Below are positions 9,965 through 23,480 of a stretch of 64,000 nt of DNA, one piece after another. The DNA is from Thermoanaerobaculia bacterium (GTDB lineage Bacteria > Acidobacteriota > Thermoanaerobaculia > UBA5066), in NCBI GenBank assembly GCA_963816185.1, contig CAWFJJ010000024.1, forward strand, positions 224,001-288,000, read 5' to 3'. Both the position numbers and the translations under genes were made by a program. The notes under the pieces were generated by a model. It made no database searches and was not told where the DNA came from. It worked only from the letters and a program-made list of their open reading frames with translations. Every line of letters starts with the position of its first letter. Position 1 is the stretch's first letter.

Positions 9965-10109
9965 TCACCGGTTTCCCCGGGGACCGGCTCGGCGCCAACG
10001 TCGTGTCGCGCCCGGGGAACAGCCGTCCAACGGCTGATCTCGCCCCGTACGCTCGGTTCAACAAGTCGTCCCATCGTCTTTTCACGTCCGAAGGAGTCTC
10101 GAAACTTTC

Positions 10110-10964
<855 letters not shown>

Positions 10965-11186
10965 GACTGCACACTTCTCCGGGCGAGCGGAAACCGGTCG
11001 GGCGGCGCGGAAACGCGCGAAACCGGACAGGTCCTCTCGAAGAGCCCGGACACGCCTCACAGCGTGCGGAATCCTCGGGTATAGAGCCGGAGCCAACGCT
11101 ACGGCCCGTTTCGCGAGCGACAGCGAGCGAAATGCAGAAACCCTGGATTCGACGGCGCAGACACCCCGGGACGGGACACACTCGTT

Positions 11187-13262
11187 ATGCCGAGAACTCA
11201 TCCTCTCGATAAGTGCCGAAACATCGGCATCATGGCTCACATCGACGCGGGTAAGACCACGACGACGGAGCGTGTGCTTTATTACACCGGCGTCAGCTAC
11301 AAGCTCGGCGAGGTCCACGAAGGCACCGCGGTGATGGACTGGATGGTTCAGGAGCAGGAGCGCGGGATCACGATCACGTCGGCCGCCACCACGTGCTTCT
11401 GGAAGGACACGCGGATCAACATCATCGACACGCCCGGGCACGTGGACTTCACGGCAGAGGTCGAGCGCTCGCTGCGCGTCCTCGACGGCGCGGTGGCCGT
11501 GTTCGACGCCGTCTCCGGAGTCGAGCCCCAGTCCGAGACGGTGTGGCGCCAGGCGGACCGCTACGGCGTACCGCGCATCGCGTTCATCAACAAGATGGAC
11601 CGGGTCGGCGCGGATTTCGACCGCTGCATCGAGATGATGATCACGAAGCTCGGGGCGAAGCCCACGGCGGTCCAGATTCCGTTTGGCTCGGCCGAGACGT
11701 TCGAGGGCGTCATCGATCTCATCGAGGGCAAGGCCTACGACTTCAAGGACGACGCGCTCGGCGCGGAATTCGAGACGATCGACGTCCCGGCCGACCACAA
11801 GGCCATGTACGACAAGTACCGCGAGCGGCTCATCGAGCTTCTCGCGGAGACCGACGACGCGCTCATGCAGAAGTTCATGGACGGCCACGCGCCGACGCCG
11901 GACGAGATGCGCGCCGCCCTTCGCAAGGCGACGATCTCGGGCAAGCTCCATCCGGTCGTGTGCGGCTCGGCGTTCAAGAACAAGGGTGTCCAGCAGCTTC
12001 TCGACGCCGTCGTCGAGTACCTCCCGTCGCCGCTCGACATCCCCGCCATCACGGGCGTGGACGAGGACGGGAAGGAGGTCGCGCTCGACACGGACGACGA
12101 GGCGCCGTTCGCGGGTCTCGTCTTCAAGATCATGACCGACCCGTTCGTCGGCCAGCTCGCGTTCTTCCGCGTCTACGCGGGCCACCTCGACGCAGGCTCG
12201 GGCGTCTACAACTCGACGAAGCAGACGAACGAGCGCATCGGCCGGCTCCTGAAGATGCACGCGAACAAGCGCGAGGAGATCAAGGAAGTCTGGGCGGGCG
12301 ACATCGCCGCCGCGGTGGGCCTGAAGAACGTCACGACGGGGGACACGATCTGCGAGCGCGACCACATCGTCGTCCTCGAATCCATGAAGTTCCCCGAGCC
12401 CGTCATCACACTCTCCATCGAGCCGAAGACGAAAGTCGACCAGGAAAAGATGGGACTCGCGCTCGCGAAGCTCATGCAGGAAGACCCGACGTTTCGCGTC
12501 CACACGGACAAAGAGACGAACCAGACGATCATCGCCGGGATGGGCGAGCTCCATCTCGAGATCATCGTCGACCGCATGGTGCGCGAGTTCAACGTCAGCG
12601 CGAACGTGGGCAAGCCGCAGGTCGCGTACCGCGAGACGATCCGCAAGGACGTCGCGGGCGAGGGCAAGTTCATCCGACAGTCGGGCGGCAAGGGCCAGTA
12701 CGGGCACGCCAAGATCCGCCTGCGCCCGCACCCGGAGGGCAAGGACTACGAGTTCGTCAACGCCATCACCGGCGGCACGATTCCCAAGGAGTTCATCAAG
12801 CCGATCGATCAGGGGATTCGCGAGGCGACCCTCACTGGCGTTCTCGCCGGATATCCGACCGTCAACATCCAGGTCGAGCTCTACGACGGCTCGTATCACG
12901 ACGTCGACTCCTCGGAGATGGCCTTCAAGATCGCGGGCTCGATGGCGTTCCAGGACGCCGCGAGAAAAGCGCATCCCGTCATCCTCGAGCCCATGATGGC
13001 CGTCGAGGTCGTCACGCCCGACGAGTTCCTCGGGCCCGTGAACGGGGACTTGAACTCCCGGCGGGGCCGGATCAACCACATGGAGCCCCGCGTGAACTTC
13101 CAGGTCATCACCGCGAGCGTCCCGCTTGCGGAGATGTTCGGCTACGCCACGACGCTGCGGTCCCTCACGCAGGGCCGGGCCAACTACACGATGCAGTTCG
13201 AACGTTACGACGAGGTCCCGAAGGCGATCGCCGAAGGAATTATCGCGAAGGTTTCGGTCTAG
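11187..13262 (+). CDS. fusA: Elongation factor G
   Basis: [33 protein letters not shown]; 691 aa. Confidence 0.99.
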   Translation: MPRTHPLDKCRNIGIMAHIDAGKTTTTERVLYYTGVSYKLGEVHEGTAVMDWMVQEQERGITITSAATTCFWKDTRINIIDTPGHVDFTAEVERSLRVLDGAVAVFDAVSGVEPQSETVWRQADRYGVPRIAFINKMDRVGADFDRCIEMMITKLGAKPTAVQIPFGSAETFEGVIDLIEGKAYDFKDDALGAEFETIDVPADHKAMYDKYRERLIELLAETDDALMQKFMDGHAPTPDEMRAALRKATISGKLHPVVCGSAFKNKGVQQLLDAVVEYLPSPLDIPAITGVDEDGKEVALDTDDEAPFAGLVFKIMTDPFVGQLAFFRVYAGHLDAGSGVYNSTKQTNERIGRLLKMHANKREEIKEVWAGDIAAAVGLKNVTTGDTICERDHIVVLESMKFPEPVITLSIEPKTKVDQEKMGLALAKLMQEDPTFRVHTDKETNQTIIAGMGELHLEIIVDRMVREFNVSANVGKPQVAYRETIRKDVAGEGKFIRQSGGKGQYGHAKIRLRPHPEGKDYEFVNAITGGTIPKEFIKPIDQGIREATLTGVLAGYPTVNIQVELYDGSYHDVDSSEMAFKIAGSMAFQDAARKAHPVILEPMMAVEVVTPDEFLGPVNGDLNSRRGRINHMEPRVNFQVITASVPLAEMFGYATTLRSLTQGRANYTMQFERYDEVPKAIAEGIIAKVSV

Positions 13263-13287
13263 AGAATCCCGAGCAACGGAGGAATCG

Positions 13288-14490
<1,203 letters not shown>

Positions 14491-14494
14491 GAAG

Positions 14495-14586
14495 TATTTC
14501 GGATTTTCTTTGGAGATTGAAAGAGAGAACGCGCTGACTTGAAACGCACCGCCCGGGCCGCCGCCCTCTTCACCTTCTAAGAGAAA
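14495..14586. repeat. Inverted pair of the dispersed TTC-N3-GAA motif (tuf-rpsJ intergenic)
   Basis: GGATTTTCTTTGGAG (core 14506) and GCCCTCTTCACCTTCTAAGAGAA (core 14575); the right arm is nearly identical to 31443-31465. Confidence 0.65.
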
Positions 14587-14636
14587 GCGGCATTGCCCGG
14601 ACCGAGGCGCGACAGGCAACGCGAGGGAAGCAGAGA

Positions 14637-14954
14637 ATGGCTAACGACAGAATCCGCATCCGACTCAAGGGATACGACTACCGCATCCTCGACCAGTCGA
14701 CGACCGAGATCGTCGACACGGCGCGGCGCTCGGGCGCGAAGGTCGCGGGACCGATCCCGCTGCCGACGGCCATCGCGCGCTGGACGGTGAACCGCTCGCC
14801 GCACGTCGACAAGAAGTCGCGGGAGCAGTTCGAGATGCGGACGCACAAGCGCCTCCTCGACATCTTCGAGTGGACGCCGCAGACGGTCGACGCCCTCACG
14901 AAGCTCGAGCTTCCCGCGGGTGTCGAAGTCGAAATCCGGACGATGGGCAAGTAG
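14637..14954 (+). CDS. rpsJ: 30S ribosomal protein S10
   Basis: [31 protein letters not shown]. Confidence 0.99.
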   Translation: MANDRIRIRLKGYDYRILDQSTTEIVDTARRSGAKVAGPIPLPTAIARWTVNRSPHVDKKSREQFEMRTHKRLLDIFEWTPQTVDALTKLELPAGVEVEIRTMGK

Positions 14955-14993
14955 ACCGTCCCGTCACACGAAGGCGGGACGAGGAAGCACACG

Positions 14994-15650
14994 ATGATCA
15001 ACGGAATTCTGGGACGCAAGATCGGGATGACCCAGGTCTTCGAGGCGGACGGCACGGTCGTGCCCGTCACCGTCGTCGAGGCGGGGCCCTGCCTGGTCGT
15101 CCAGCGCAAGACGAAGGACAACGATGGGTACGACGCGCTTCAGCTCGGCCTGGTCGGGCGCGTCTCGCCGCGGCGGCTCACGGCCCCCGCCAAGGGCCAC
15201 TTCGAGAAGGCGGGCGTGCCGCCGACGAAGACCCTCGGCGAGGTGCGTTGCGACGCGGACGAGAAGGCGGCGCCGGGCGACAAAGTGCTCTGCGACATCT
15301 TCGCCGAGAAAGAGCACGTCGACGTGGTCGGCGTCTCGAAAGGGAAGGGGTTCCAGGGCGTCATGAAGCGTCACGGCTTCGCCGGTGGCGCCGCCACGCA
15401 CGGCTCGATGTTCCACCGGGCCCCTGGCTCGATCGGACCCTCGGCCTTTCCGTCGCGGGTGTATGCCGGCACGCGGTCATCGGGTCGCATGGGCGGCAAG
15501 CAAACGACGATGAAGAACCTGGTCGTCGTGCGCGTCGACGCGGAGAACCACCTGCTCTACCTCCGGGGCGCGGTTCCGGGAGCGCGAAACACGGTCGTCA
15601 AGATCGTGAAGAAGCTCTCCGGGAGAAACGGCCGCGGGGCGGCTGCGTGA
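14994..15650 (+). CDS. rplC: 50S ribosomal protein L3
   Basis: [33 protein letters not shown]. Confidence 0.98.
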   Translation: MINGILGRKIGMTQVFEADGTVVPVTVVEAGPCLVVQRKTKDNDGYDALQLGLVGRVSPRRLTAPAKGHFEKAGVPPTKTLGEVRCDADEKAAPGDKVLCDIFAEKEHVDVVGVSKGKGFQGVMKRHGFAGGAATHGSMFHRAPGSIGPSAFPSRVYAGTRSSGRMGGKQTTMKNLVVVRVDAENHLLYLRGAVPGARNTVVKIVKKLSGRNGRGAAA

Positions 15651-15661
15651 AGGGGACGACG

Positions 15662-16387
15662 ATGGCGACGACAAGAAAGACCCCTGCGGCGAAGGCCTCG
15701 GCGAAGAAGGCCGCGAAGAGTCCTGACGCGCCGTCGAGAGCGGTGAAGGCGGGCGAGGCCGCGTCTCTCACGCTCCCGATTCGGAACCTCGCGGCCGAGA
15801 GGGTGGGAGAGCTCACGCTCCCGGAGGAGATCTTCGGCGTTCCGTTCCGCCGCCACCTCGTCTGGGAGGTCGTGAAGCAGATCCGCGCGCGCGAGCACCG
15901 AGGCACGCACAAGACGAAGGTCCGTTCCGAAGTCTCCGGCAGCGGGAAGAAGCCGTTCAAGCAGAAGCACACGGGCCGCGCGCGGCAGGGCGGCGGGCGC
16001 CCGCCGATCCACCGGCACGGCGGCACGGCCTTCGGCCCGGTTCCGCACTCCTACGACCTGAAAGTCAATGCGAAGGCGAAGAAGGCGGCCCTGCGCTGCG
16101 TCCTCTCCGAGAAGGCGCGCGGCAACCAGGTGATCCTGCTCGACACCCTCGAGCTCGGCAGCCACAAGACGAAGGATTTCGCGGGCGTCCTCGCGAAGCT
16201 CGGCGTCGAAGGCAAGGCGCTCGTCCTCGACCGGAAGCAGAACGTCAACCTCTCGCGCGCGACCGCCAACAACCCGAAGGTTCAAGCGATGGACGTCCTC
16301 GGCATCAACGTCTACGACGCGCTGAACGCGGGCACGCTCGTCTTCTCCGAGGACGCGCTCCGCACGGCCATCGAGGTGCTGGCGTGA
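15662..16387 (+). CDS. rplD: 50S ribosomal protein L4 with Ala/Lys-rich N-terminal extension
   Basis: GTHKTKVRSEVSGSGKKP..QK.TGRARQG, GGTAFGP; position after rplC. Confidence 0.96.
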   Translation: MATTRKTPAAKASAKKAAKSPDAPSRAVKAGEAASLTLPIRNLAAERVGELTLPEEIFGVPFRRHLVWEVVKQIRAREHRGTHKTKVRSEVSGSGKKPFKQKHTGRARQGGGRPPIHRHGGTAFGPVPHSYDLKVNAKAKKAALRCVLSEKARGNQVILLDTLELGSHKTKDFAGVLAKLGVEGKALVLDRKQNVNLSRATANNPKVQAMDVLGINVYDALNAGTLVFSEDALRTAIEVLA

Positions 16388-16683
16388 GCGAAAGAACCAT
16401 GCAATCCGTGCTCGTGCGCCCCGTCCTCACCGAGCGCTCCACGGCCATGAGCCAGGCGCAGAACGTCCTCACGTTCGACGTCGCGCGCGACGCGAACAAG
16501 ATCCAGATCCGCAAAGCTGTCGAGGCCCTCTTCCAGGTCAAGGTGGACGCCGTCCGCGTCGTCGCCGTGTCCGGGAAGATCAAGAAGGTCGGCAAGTCGA
16601 TCGGCCGGGGCCAGGATCGCAAGAAGGCCTACGTGAAGCTGGCGAAGGGCCAGAAGCTTCCGGCCCTCTTCGAAGGGGTGTAA
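16384..16683 (+). CDS. rplW: 50S ribosomal protein L23
   Basis: PVLTERS, ANKIQIRKAVEALFQVKV, KKAYVKL. Confidence 0.96.
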   Translation: MSERTMQSVLVRPVLTERSTAMSQAQNVLTFDVARDANKIQIRKAVEALFQVKVDAVRVVAVSGKIKKVGKSIGRGQDRKKAYVKLAKGQKLPALFEGV

Positions 16684-16689
16684 CGCGCC

Positions 16690-17511
16690 ATGCCCGTCAA
16701 GTCGTACAAACCCACGTCTCCCGGGATGCGTCAGCGGACCACGTCCGACTTCTCGGAGATCACGAAGACCGGACCCGAGAAGTCGCTCACGAAGGGCAAG
16801 CTCAAGACCGGCGGCCGCGACAGCCGCGGCCATCTCACGTCGTGGTGGCGGGGCGGCGGACACAAGAAGCGCTACCGCGACATCGACTTCAAGCGCGACA
16901 AGCACGACATCCCGGCGAAGGTCGCCTCCATCGAGTACGACCCGAACCGGTCGGCGCGTATCGCTCTTCTCGCTTACGCAGACGGGGAGAAGCGCTACAT
17001 CGTGGCCCCCGCCGGCCTCAGCGTCGGGCAGACGGTCGTCTCCGGCGCCGCGGTCGACATCGTGGTCGGAAATGCCCTTCCGCTCAAGGCGATCCCGCTC
17101 GGCACGGTCGTGCACAACGTGGAGTTCAAGCCGGGCGGCGGCGGCCAGATGGCGCGGTCGGCCGGAGCGGGAGCGCAGCTCATGGCGAAGGAAGGGGCCT
17201 TCGCGCTCCTCCGCGTGCCGTCGGGCGAGCTCCGGCGCGTGGGCGTCGACTGCTACGCCACGATCGGCCAGGTCGGCAACCTCGAGCACGAGAACATCTC
17301 CATCGGCAAGGCCGGCCGCAACCGCTGGCTCGGCTGGAAGTCGCACAACCGCGGCGTCGCCATGAACCCCGTCGACCACCCGATGGGCGGCGGCGAGGGC
17401 AAGACTTCGGGAGGGCGCCATCCGACCTCGCCGTGGGGCTGGAAGACGAAAGGCATGAAGACGCGCAACAACAAGCGGACCGACGCCATGATCGTCAAGC
17501 GCCGCAAGTAG
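16690..17511 (+). CDS. rplB: 50S ribosomal protein L2
   Basis: [30 protein letters not shown]. Confidence 0.99.
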   Translation: MPVKSYKPTSPGMRQRTTSDFSEITKTGPEKSLTKGKLKTGGRDSRGHLTSWWRGGGHKKRYRDIDFKRDKHDIPAKVASIEYDPNRSARIALLAYADGEKRYIVAPAGLSVGQTVVSGAAVDIVVGNALPLKAIPLGTVVHNVEFKPGGGGQMARSAGAGAQLMAKEGAFALLRVPSGELRRVGVDCYATIGQVGNLEHENISIGKAGRNRWLGWKSHNRGVAMNPVDHPMGGGEGKTSGGRHPTSPWGWKTKGMKTRNNKRTDAMIVKRRK

Positions 17512-17527
17512 GGATTCGAGGAAACAC

Positions 17528-17885
17528 ATGTCTCGTTCCACGAAAAAGGGGCCGTTCGTCGACGCACCGCTCCTCGAGAAAATCACCGCGATGAACGCGG
17601 CCGGCGAGAAGCGTGTCTTGAAGACGTGGTCGCGCCGCTCGACGATCCTGCCCGACATGGTCGGCCACACGCTCGCCGTCCACAATGGCAAGAAGTTCAT
17701 TCCCGTCTACGTCTCCGAGAACATGGTCGGGCACAAGCTCGGCGAGTTCTCGCCCACCCGCATCTTCAAGGGCCACTCGGGCAAGAAGATCGAGAAGGGC
17801 GCGACGCCGGGCGCACCCGGCGCACCCGGGCGCTCCGGGCGCACCGGGCGCTCCCGCCCCGGCCGCGCCGGCGGCGAAGGCCTGA
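17528..17885 (+). CDS. rpsS: 30S ribosomal protein S19 with (GAP)n tail; apparent +1 frameshift near 17828
   Basis: [30 protein letters not shown]; removing one base gives [24 protein letters not shown] ending at TGA 17885, just before the rplV RBS. Confidence 0.93.
17810..17855 (+). repeat. 9-bp tandem repeat (GGCGCWCCS x5) encoding Gly-Ala-Pro
   Basis: ggcgcaccc ggcgcaccc g ggcgctccg ggcgcaccg ggcgctccc. Confidence 0.8.
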
Positions 17886-17896
17886 GGAGGAGCGCG

Positions 17897-18559
17897 ATGG
17901 AAGCAGTCGCCCGTCTCCGCCACTACCGGGGCTCCGCCCAGAAGGTGCGGCTCGTCGCCGACCTCATCCGGATGAAGCCGGTCGGAAAGGCTCTCGCGAC
18001 TCTGCGCACGACGCGCAAGAGCTGCTCGCCGGACCTCCTGAAGCTCGTGGAGTCCGCGATCGCGAACGCTCGGCAGAACGAGTCGGGCGTGGACGCGGAC
18101 GCGCTCGTCGTCTCGAAGATCCACGTCGACGAGGCCGGCAGGAAGCCCTTGCAGCGCAACTCCATGATCCGCGCGATCTCGAACTACAAAAAGCGCTTCG
18201 CCCGCCCACGCTTCATGAGCGGGCCGCAGGGCCGCATGTGGCTCATCCCGCGTCCTTTCTGCCACGTGACGGTCACTCTGTCGGACGACGCCGCCGCGCG
18301 GAAGGGTGCGGGCCTCAAGGCCGAAGCCCCGAAGCCTCTCGTGAAGAAGCGTCAGGGCCGTGTCGCGGCCGCCGTCTCCGCGGCGGCGCATCGCCCCGGC
18401 CGCGAGAATCGGGCGGTCGAGCGGGCGCACAAGAAGGTCGAGGCTGACGAGAAACGGGCCGACCGGATCGAAGCTGCGGAAGCCAAGCCCGCGGGGCCGA
18501 AGAGCGAAAAGCGCGAGAAGAAGTCGAAAAAGCCTACGAAGCCGGAATCGGCCGGGTAA
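17897..18559 (+). CDS. rplV: 50S ribosomal protein L22 with hairpin insertion and C-terminal tail
   Basis: AGGAGG RBS plus ATG; [29 protein letters not shown]. Confidence 0.93.
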   Translation: MEAVARLRHYRGSAQKVRLVADLIRMKPVGKALATLRTTRKSCSPDLLKLVESAIANARQNESGVDADALVVSKIHVDEAGRKPLQRNSMIRAISNYKKRFARPRFMSGPQGRMWLIPRPFCHVTVTLSDDAAARKGAGLKAEAPKPLVKKRQGRVAAAVSAAAHRPGRENRAVERAHKKVEADEKRADRIEAAEAKPAGPKSEKREKKSKKPTKPESAG

Positions 18560-18573
18560 CGGGAGTACACACG

Positions 18574-19221
18574 ATGGGCCAGAAAGTTCACCCCTACGGT
18601 TTTCGGATCGGCTACAACCGGACCTGGCACTCGCGCTGGTACGCCGAGAAGGACTACCTCAAGTACCTGCACGACGACCTGAAGCTCCGCGACGAGCTCA
18701 AGCGCGACCTCGTCAACGCGGCGGTCTCCGAGGTGGAGATCGAGCGCGGCAACAAGCTGAAGATCAACATCATGACCGCCCGGCCCGGCGTCATCATCGG
18801 GAAGAAGGGCGCGTCCGTGGACCAGCTCCGCGACCGGCTGCAGCAGCGGCTCGGGAAGGACATCCACGTGAACATCGTCGAGATCCAGCGCCCCGAGACC
18901 GACGCACAGCTCGTCGCCGAGTCCATCGCGATGCAGCTCGAGCGCCGCGTCGCCTTCCGCCGGGCGATGAAGAAGGGGATGGAGTCTGCCTTCCGCTTCG
19001 GCGCGCAGGGCATCAAGATCCGCTGCGGCGGACGCCTCAACGGCGCCGAGATCGCGCGCTCGGAGTGGTATCAGGAAGGCCGCCTCCCGCTTCATACGCT
19101 CAAGGCCGACATCGACTACGGCTTCGCCGAGGCGCGCACGACATACGGAAAGATCGGCGTCAAGTGCTGGATCTACAAGGGCGACCTGCATCGGGCCAAG
19201 TCCCGGAGAAAGGTCGCGTAG
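18574..19221 (+). CDS. rpsC: 30S ribosomal protein S3
   Basis: [31 protein letters not shown]. Confidence 0.99.
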   Translation: MGQKVHPYGFRIGYNRTWHSRWYAEKDYLKYLHDDLKLRDELKRDLVNAAVSEVEIERGNKLKINIMTARPGVIIGKKGASVDQLRDRLQQRLGKDIHVNIVEIQRPETDAQLVAESIAMQLERRVAFRRAMKKGMESAFRFGAQGIKIRCGGRLNGAEIARSEWYQEGRLPLHTLKADIDYGFAEARTTYGKIGVKCWIYKGDLHRAKSRRKVA

Positions 19222-19230
19222 GGGTTCTCG

Positions 19231-19656
19231 ATGTTGATGCCGTCGAAGGTCAAGTACAGGAAGCAGCAGCGCGGCCGCATGTGCGGCACCGCGCGCAAGG
19301 GTTCGGAGCTCTCTTTCGGGGAGTACGGGCTGCAGGCCGTCGAGCCGGGCTGGCTCACCGCCCGCCAGATCGAGGCCGGCCGCGTCGCGGTCCAGCGCCA
19401 CGTGAAGCGCGGGGGAAAGCTCTGGATCCGCGTGTTTCCCGACAAGCCGATCACGAAGAAGCCCGCCGAGACGCGCATGGGCAAGGGCAAGGGCGCGCCC
19501 GAAGGCTGGGTCTGCGTCATCAAGCCCGCCCGAATCCTGTTCGAGATGGAGGGCGTCGACGAGAAGACGGCGCGCCAGGCCTTCGGCCTCGCGTCGGACA
19601 AGATCGGGATCAAGACCCGCTTCGTGTCGCGCTCCTTCCTCGCGGCGGTGAGGTGA
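19231..19656 (+). CDS. rplP: 50S ribosomal protein L16
   Basis: [28 protein letters not shown]. Confidence 0.99.
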   Translation: MLMPSKVKYRKQQRGRMCGTARKGSELSFGEYGLQAVEPGWLTARQIEAGRVAVQRHVKRGGKLWIRVFPDKPITKKPAETRMGKGKGAPEGWVCVIKPARILFEMEGVDEKTARQAFGLASDKIGIKTRFVSRSFLAAVR

Positions 19657-19660
19657 CGAG

Positions 19661-20179
19661 ATGACGATGAAGATCCAGGCCATGCTCGACTGGTCCCCCG
19701 AGGAGAAGGCCGCCAAGGCGAAGGAGTGGGCGCAGTCCCTCTTCACGCTCCGCCTCCAGAAGGCAACGGGCCAGCTCGAGAACCCGATGAAGATCAAGGA
19801 GCTCCGCAAGGACATCGCCCGCCTGAAGACCGCGCAGCACATGAGCGCGGCCGAGGCGGCGGCCGCGGCCGCGGCCGCCGAGGCCCACGAAGCGGCGACG
19901 ATTTCGGAGGGGACCGAAGAGAAGATTTCTGCGAATGAAAAGAGCGCGGCGGGGACGGCGAAACCGAAACCCCACGCCGCCGCATCGGGCAAAGGCGCCA
20001 AGAAGCGCGCCGCGGCCCACAAGAAGAAGGCTGCTGCGACGACGGGCAAGAGGGCCGCCGGCGCCTCCGCAAAGGCACATGCACCTTCTAAGAAATCTTC
20101 TACTTCCGGCGCTCCCGGCAAGACGGCCGGCGCCCCGAAGGCCAAGTCCGCCGCCTCGAAGAAGAGCAAGAAGAAGTAG
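19661..20179 (+). CDS. rpmC: 50S ribosomal protein L29 with about 110-aa Ala/Lys-rich tail
   Basis: [31 protein letters not shown]; position between rplP and rpsQ. Confidence 0.93.
   Translation: MTMKIQAMLDWSPEEKAAKAKEWAQSLFTLRLQKATGQLENPMKIKELRKDIARLKTAQHMSAAEAAAAAAAAEAHEAATISEGTEEKISANEKSAAGTAKPKPHAAASGKGAKKRAAAHKKKAAATTGKRAAGASAKAHAPSKKSSTSGAPGKTAGAPKAKSAASKKSKKK
19921..20100. repeat. Inverted pair of the TTC-N3-GAA motif inside the rpmC tail
   Basis: GAAGATTTCTGCGAATGAAAAGAG (core 19927) and CACCTTCTAAGAAATCTTC (core 20086). Confidence 0.75.
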
Positions 20180-20207
20180 TTCGTAACAGGAAGCAGTGAG
20201 CACGCCC

Positions 20208-20627
20208 ATGAGCAGCACCCCGAAATCCCAGCCGGAGACAGGCGCGGCATCCACGGCCGAACAGCCTCGTCGTAGCCGCAAGGTCGGGACCGTCGTCTCG
20301 AACAAGATGGAAAAGACCGTGGTCGTCGAGGTCTCGCGCCTCGTCAAGCACACTCGCTACGGCCGCTATCAGCGGAAGTCGGCGCGATTCCTGGCGGACG
20401 ACCGTGTCCTCAAGGCGCAGCCCGGCGACACCGTGCAGATCGAGGAGACCCGGCCCTTGTCGGCCCGTAAGCACTGGCGCGTGACGGCCATCGTGACGAA
20501 GGGCCGCGCCCTGGTCTCCGACACGGCCGAGGTGCCGGGCAGCGAGGCGAAGAGCCCGGCGAAGAGCGTTCCCGAGAGGAAGCTGCACGCGAAGGGCGCG
20601 TCCGAGCCGGCGGGGAGGGCGTCGTGA
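20208..20627 (+). CDS. rpsQ: 30S ribosomal protein S17 with terminal extensions
   Basis: [31 protein letters not shown]; alternative start GTG 20196. Confidence 0.95.
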   Translation: MSSTPKSQPETGAASTAEQPRRSRKVGTVVSNKMEKTVVVEVSRLVKHTRYGRYQRKSARFLADDRVLKAQPGDTVQIEETRPLSARKHWRVTAIVTKGRALVSDTAEVPGSEAKSPAKSVPERKLHAKGASEPAGRAS

Positions 20628-20998
20628 TCCAGATGGGGACGATCCTCGAAGTCGCCGACAACTCCGGCGCCCGCCGGCTGGCGTGCATCAAGGTCCAGGG
20701 CGGCTCGACGGGCGATTTCGGCCGGATCGGCGACGTCATCACCTGCTCGGTGAAGGAGTCGAACCCGGACGCGCCCGACCCGGTCAAGAAGGGCAAGGTC
20801 GTCAGGGCCGTCATCGTGCGCACGGTGCGCGAGCAGCGGCGGCGCGACGGCAGCTACATCCGGTTCGACACGAACGCGGCGGTCCTCGTCAACAATGAAA
20901 GGGAGCCGATCGGGACCCGCGTGTTCGGGCCGGTCGCGCGCGAGCTGCGCGAGAAGAAGTTCATGAAGATCATCTCGCTCGCTCCGGAAGTCATCTGA
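20624..20998 (+). CDS. rplN: 50S ribosomal protein L14
   Basis: [33 protein letters not shown]. Confidence 0.99.
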   Translation: MIQMGTILEVADNSGARRLACIKVQGGSTGDFGRIGDVITCSVKESNPDAPDPVKKGKVVRAVIVRTVREQRRRDGSYIRFDTNAAVLVNNEREPIGTRVFGPVARELREKKFMKIISLAPEVI

Positions 20999-21000
20999 CC

Positions 21001-21366
21001 ATGAAGAAAAAGCAGCCGACGTACACCGGGAAGCGCCGGATCCGCAAGGACGACGTCGTCGTCGTCCTCACGGGGAAGGACCGTGGGGCGCGCGGGAAGG
21101 TCCTCAAGGTGCTGCCCGAGAAGGGCCGCGCCGTCGTGGAGGGCGTGAACAAGATCAAGCGGGCCACGCGCGCGAATCCCCAGAAGAACATCAAGGGCGG
21201 CATCCTCGAGCGCGAGGCGCCGATCGCCCTGTCGAACCTCATGCTCGTCGACCCCGAGGGCGGCAAGCCGACGCGGGTGGGAATTCGACCCGAGGGCGGC
21301 GAGTGGGTGCGCTACGCCAAGAAGAGCGGCGCGACGATCGGCACGATCCGGCCGGCGGGCGAGTGA
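21001..21366 (+). CDS. rplX: 50S ribosomal protein L24
   Basis: KOW motif [25 protein letters not shown]. Confidence 0.97.
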   Translation: MKKKQPTYTGKRRIRKDDVVVVLTGKDRGARGKVLKVLPEKGRAVVEGVNKIKRATRANPQKNIKGGILEREAPIALSNLMLVDPEGGKPTRVGIRPEGGEWVRYAKKSGATIGTIRPAGE

Positions 21367-21373
21367 GGACGAA

Positions 21374-21919
21374 ATGAGCAGCCCACGTCTCCAGGACAAG
21401 TACAAGAAGGACGTCATCCCGGTCCTCAAGAAGGAGTTCGGGATCGAGAACCTGATGGCCGTCCCGAAGCTGGAAAAGATCGTGCTCAACATGGGGATCG
21501 GCGAGGCCATCACGAACGCGAAGCTCGTCGACGCGGCCGCCGAGGAGCTCACGAAGATCGCCGGCCAGCGTGCCGTCGTCACGCGGGCGAAGAAGTCCAT
21601 CGCCACGTTCAAGCTGCGCGCGGGGATGCCGATCGGCTGCCGCGTGACGTTGCGCGGCGAGCGGATGTACGAGTTTCTCGACCGCCTCATGAACGTCGCG
21701 CTTCCGCGCGTGCGCGACTTCCGCGGCGTTCCGACGCGCTCGTTCGACGGACGCGGCAATTTCACGCTCGGCGTCAAGGACCATCTCATCTTTCCCGAAA
21801 TCGACCCCACGAAGATCGACAAGTCCAAGGGTCTCAACGTCACCATCGTCACAACGGCAGGCTCGGACGACCGGGCCCGGGTTCTCTTGAAAGAGCTCGG
21901 CATGCCGTTCGGCCGATAG
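21374..21919 (+). CDS. rplE: 50S ribosomal protein L5
   Basis: [28 protein letters not shown]. Confidence 0.99.
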   Translation: MSSPRLQDKYKKDVIPVLKKEFGIENLMAVPKLEKIVLNMGIGEAITNAKLVDAAAEELTKIAGQRAVVTRAKKSIATFKLRAGMPIGCRVTLRGERMYEFLDRLMNVALPRVRDFRGVPTRSFDGRGNFTLGVKDHLIFPEIDPTKIDKSKGLNVTIVTTAGSDDRARVLLKELGMPFGR

Positions 21920-21936
21920 CAGGGCAAGGAGCAGGC

Positions 21937-22122
21937 ATGGCTCGTCGCGCCGCCATCATCAAGGCGAACTCGAAACTGAAATACGCCATCCGCAAGCGAA
22001 ACCGCTGCATGCGCTGCGGCCGTCCGCGGGCGTTCATGCGGAAGTTCGGCTTGTGCCGCATCTGCTTCCGGAACCTCGCGCTCGCGGGCTACGTGCCCGG
22101 GGTGACGAAGGCGTCGTGGTGA
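21937..22122 (+). CDS. rpsN: 30S ribosomal protein S14, zinc-binding type
   Basis: [20 protein letters not shown]...PGVTKASW; 61 aa. Confidence 0.98.
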   Translation: MARRAAIIKANSKLKYAIRKRNRCMRCGRPRAFMRKFGLCRICFRNLALAGYVPGVTKASW

Positions 22123-22132
22123 GGAGGGGGCG

Positions 22133-22531
22133 ATGAACATCAGCGATCCCGTCTCCGATCTCCTCGCACGCCTCAGGAACGCGTTGTCGGCCCGGCACGA
22201 GAAGGCCGACATTCCGTCGTCGCGCTTCAAGGTCGAGCTCGCCCGGATCCTCAAGGACGAGGGCTACATCAAGAATTTCAAGGTGATGGACGACCGGGGC
22301 GGCAGCCTGCTCCGCCTGTACCTCAAGTACGACGACACGGGGAATCCCGTCATTCACGGCCTCGCGCGCTCGAGCAAGCCGGGCCGGCGCCTCTACGCCG
22401 GCAAGAACGCGCTTCCCGAGGTTCTCGGCGGCCTCGGCGTCGCCATCGTGTCCACCTCGCAGGGCCTCCTCACCGGTCACGACGCGAAAAAGCGCGGCGT
22501 GGGCGGCGAGGTTGTCTGCACGGTGTGGTGA
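22133..22531 (+). CDS. rpsH: 30S ribosomal protein S8
   Basis: [29 protein letters not shown]. Confidence 0.98.
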   Translation: MNISDPVSDLLARLRNALSARHEKADIPSSRFKVELARILKDEGYIKNFKVMDDRGGSLLRLYLKYDDTGNPVIHGLARSSKPGRRLYAGKNALPEVLGGLGVAIVSTSQGLLTGHDAKKRGVGGEVVCTVW

Positions 22532-22539
22532 GGAGCGAC

Positions 22540-23097
22540 ATGTCTCGAGTCGGTCAAAAGCCCATCTCCATTCCCAAGGGCGTCGACGTCCAGGTCGCGG
22601 ATCTTTCCGTCACGGTGAAGGGTCCGAAGGGCGCCGTCACAACGCCGATCCTCGCGGGCATCACGGTCGAGAAGAAAGACGGCATCGTCCGCCTCGCGCG
22701 CGCAGGCGAGGAGAAGAAGGACAAGGCGCTCCACGGCCTGAACCGCGCTCTTCTCCAGAACGCGGTCCTCGGCGTCACCCAGGGGTTCAAGCGCGAGATC
22801 GACCTCGTGGGCATCGGCTTCAAGGCCGAGGTCAAGGGACAGGCCGTCGTGTTCAGCGTCGGTTTCTCGCACGTCGTGAGGTTCCCGATGCCCGAGGGCA
22901 TCAAGGTCGAGGTCGCGCCGGACGCGAAGGCCAAGGACATCACGCACATCATCGTCACGGGCGTCGACAAGCAGAAAGTCGGCCAGACGGCGACCGAGAT
23001 CCGCGGGATTCGTCCGCCCGACCCGTACAAGCTGAAGGGATTCCGCTTCGTCGGCGAGGTCCTCAAGAAGAAGGCCGGCAAGGCCACGGGCAAGTAA
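22540..23097 (+). CDS. rplF: 50S ribosomal protein L6
   Basis: [25 protein letters not shown]. Confidence 0.98.
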   Translation: MSRVGQKPISIPKGVDVQVADLSVTVKGPKGAVTTPILAGITVEKKDGIVRLARAGEEKKDKALHGLNRALLQNAVLGVTQGFKREIDLVGIGFKAEVKGQAVVFSVGFSHVVRFPMPEGIKVEVAPDAKAKDITHIIVTGVDKQKVGQTATEIRGIRPPDPYKLKGFRFVGEVLKKKAGKATGK

Positions 23098-23111
23098 GGA
23101 AGCAGGCAACC

Positions 23112-23480
23112 ATGGAAAAGGCACAAGCCCGGGTCGAAGCGAGGACGCGCATCCACACGCGCATCCGCACGAAGGTGAAGGGAACGGCCGCGCGGCCGCG
23201 CCTCGCCGTCTCCAAGACCCTCCGCTGGATCTCCGTGCAGCTCATCGACGATTCCGCAGGCACGACGCTCGCGCACGCGACGTCCCGCGAGACTCTCGTG
23301 CGCGGCGAGGCGAAGAGCGCGGCCAACAAGACGGCCGCCGTCAAGGTCGGTGCGCTCATCGCCGAGCGTGCCCAGGCAAAGGGCATCTCGGCCGTCGTGT
23401 TCGACCGCGGAGGCCATCTCTACCACGGCAACGTGAAAGCGCTCGCGGAAGCCGCTCGCGAGAAGGGGTTGAAGTTTTGA
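23112..23480 (+). CDS. rplR: 50S ribosomal protein L18
   Basis: [32 protein letters not shown]. Confidence 0.97.
   Translation: MEKAQARVEARTRIHTRIRTKVKGTAARPRLAVSKTLRWISVQLIDDSAGTTLAHATSRETLVRGEAKSAANKTAAVKVGALIAERAQAKGISAVVFDRGGHLYHGNVKALAEAAREKGLKF

Noticed and set aside
17528-18559. Apparent S19-L22 fusion protein (343 aa in the ORF track)
   Set aside because: One extra base in the GAP repeat explains it. The corrected frame stops at 17885, and rplV has its own AGGAGG RBS and ATG.
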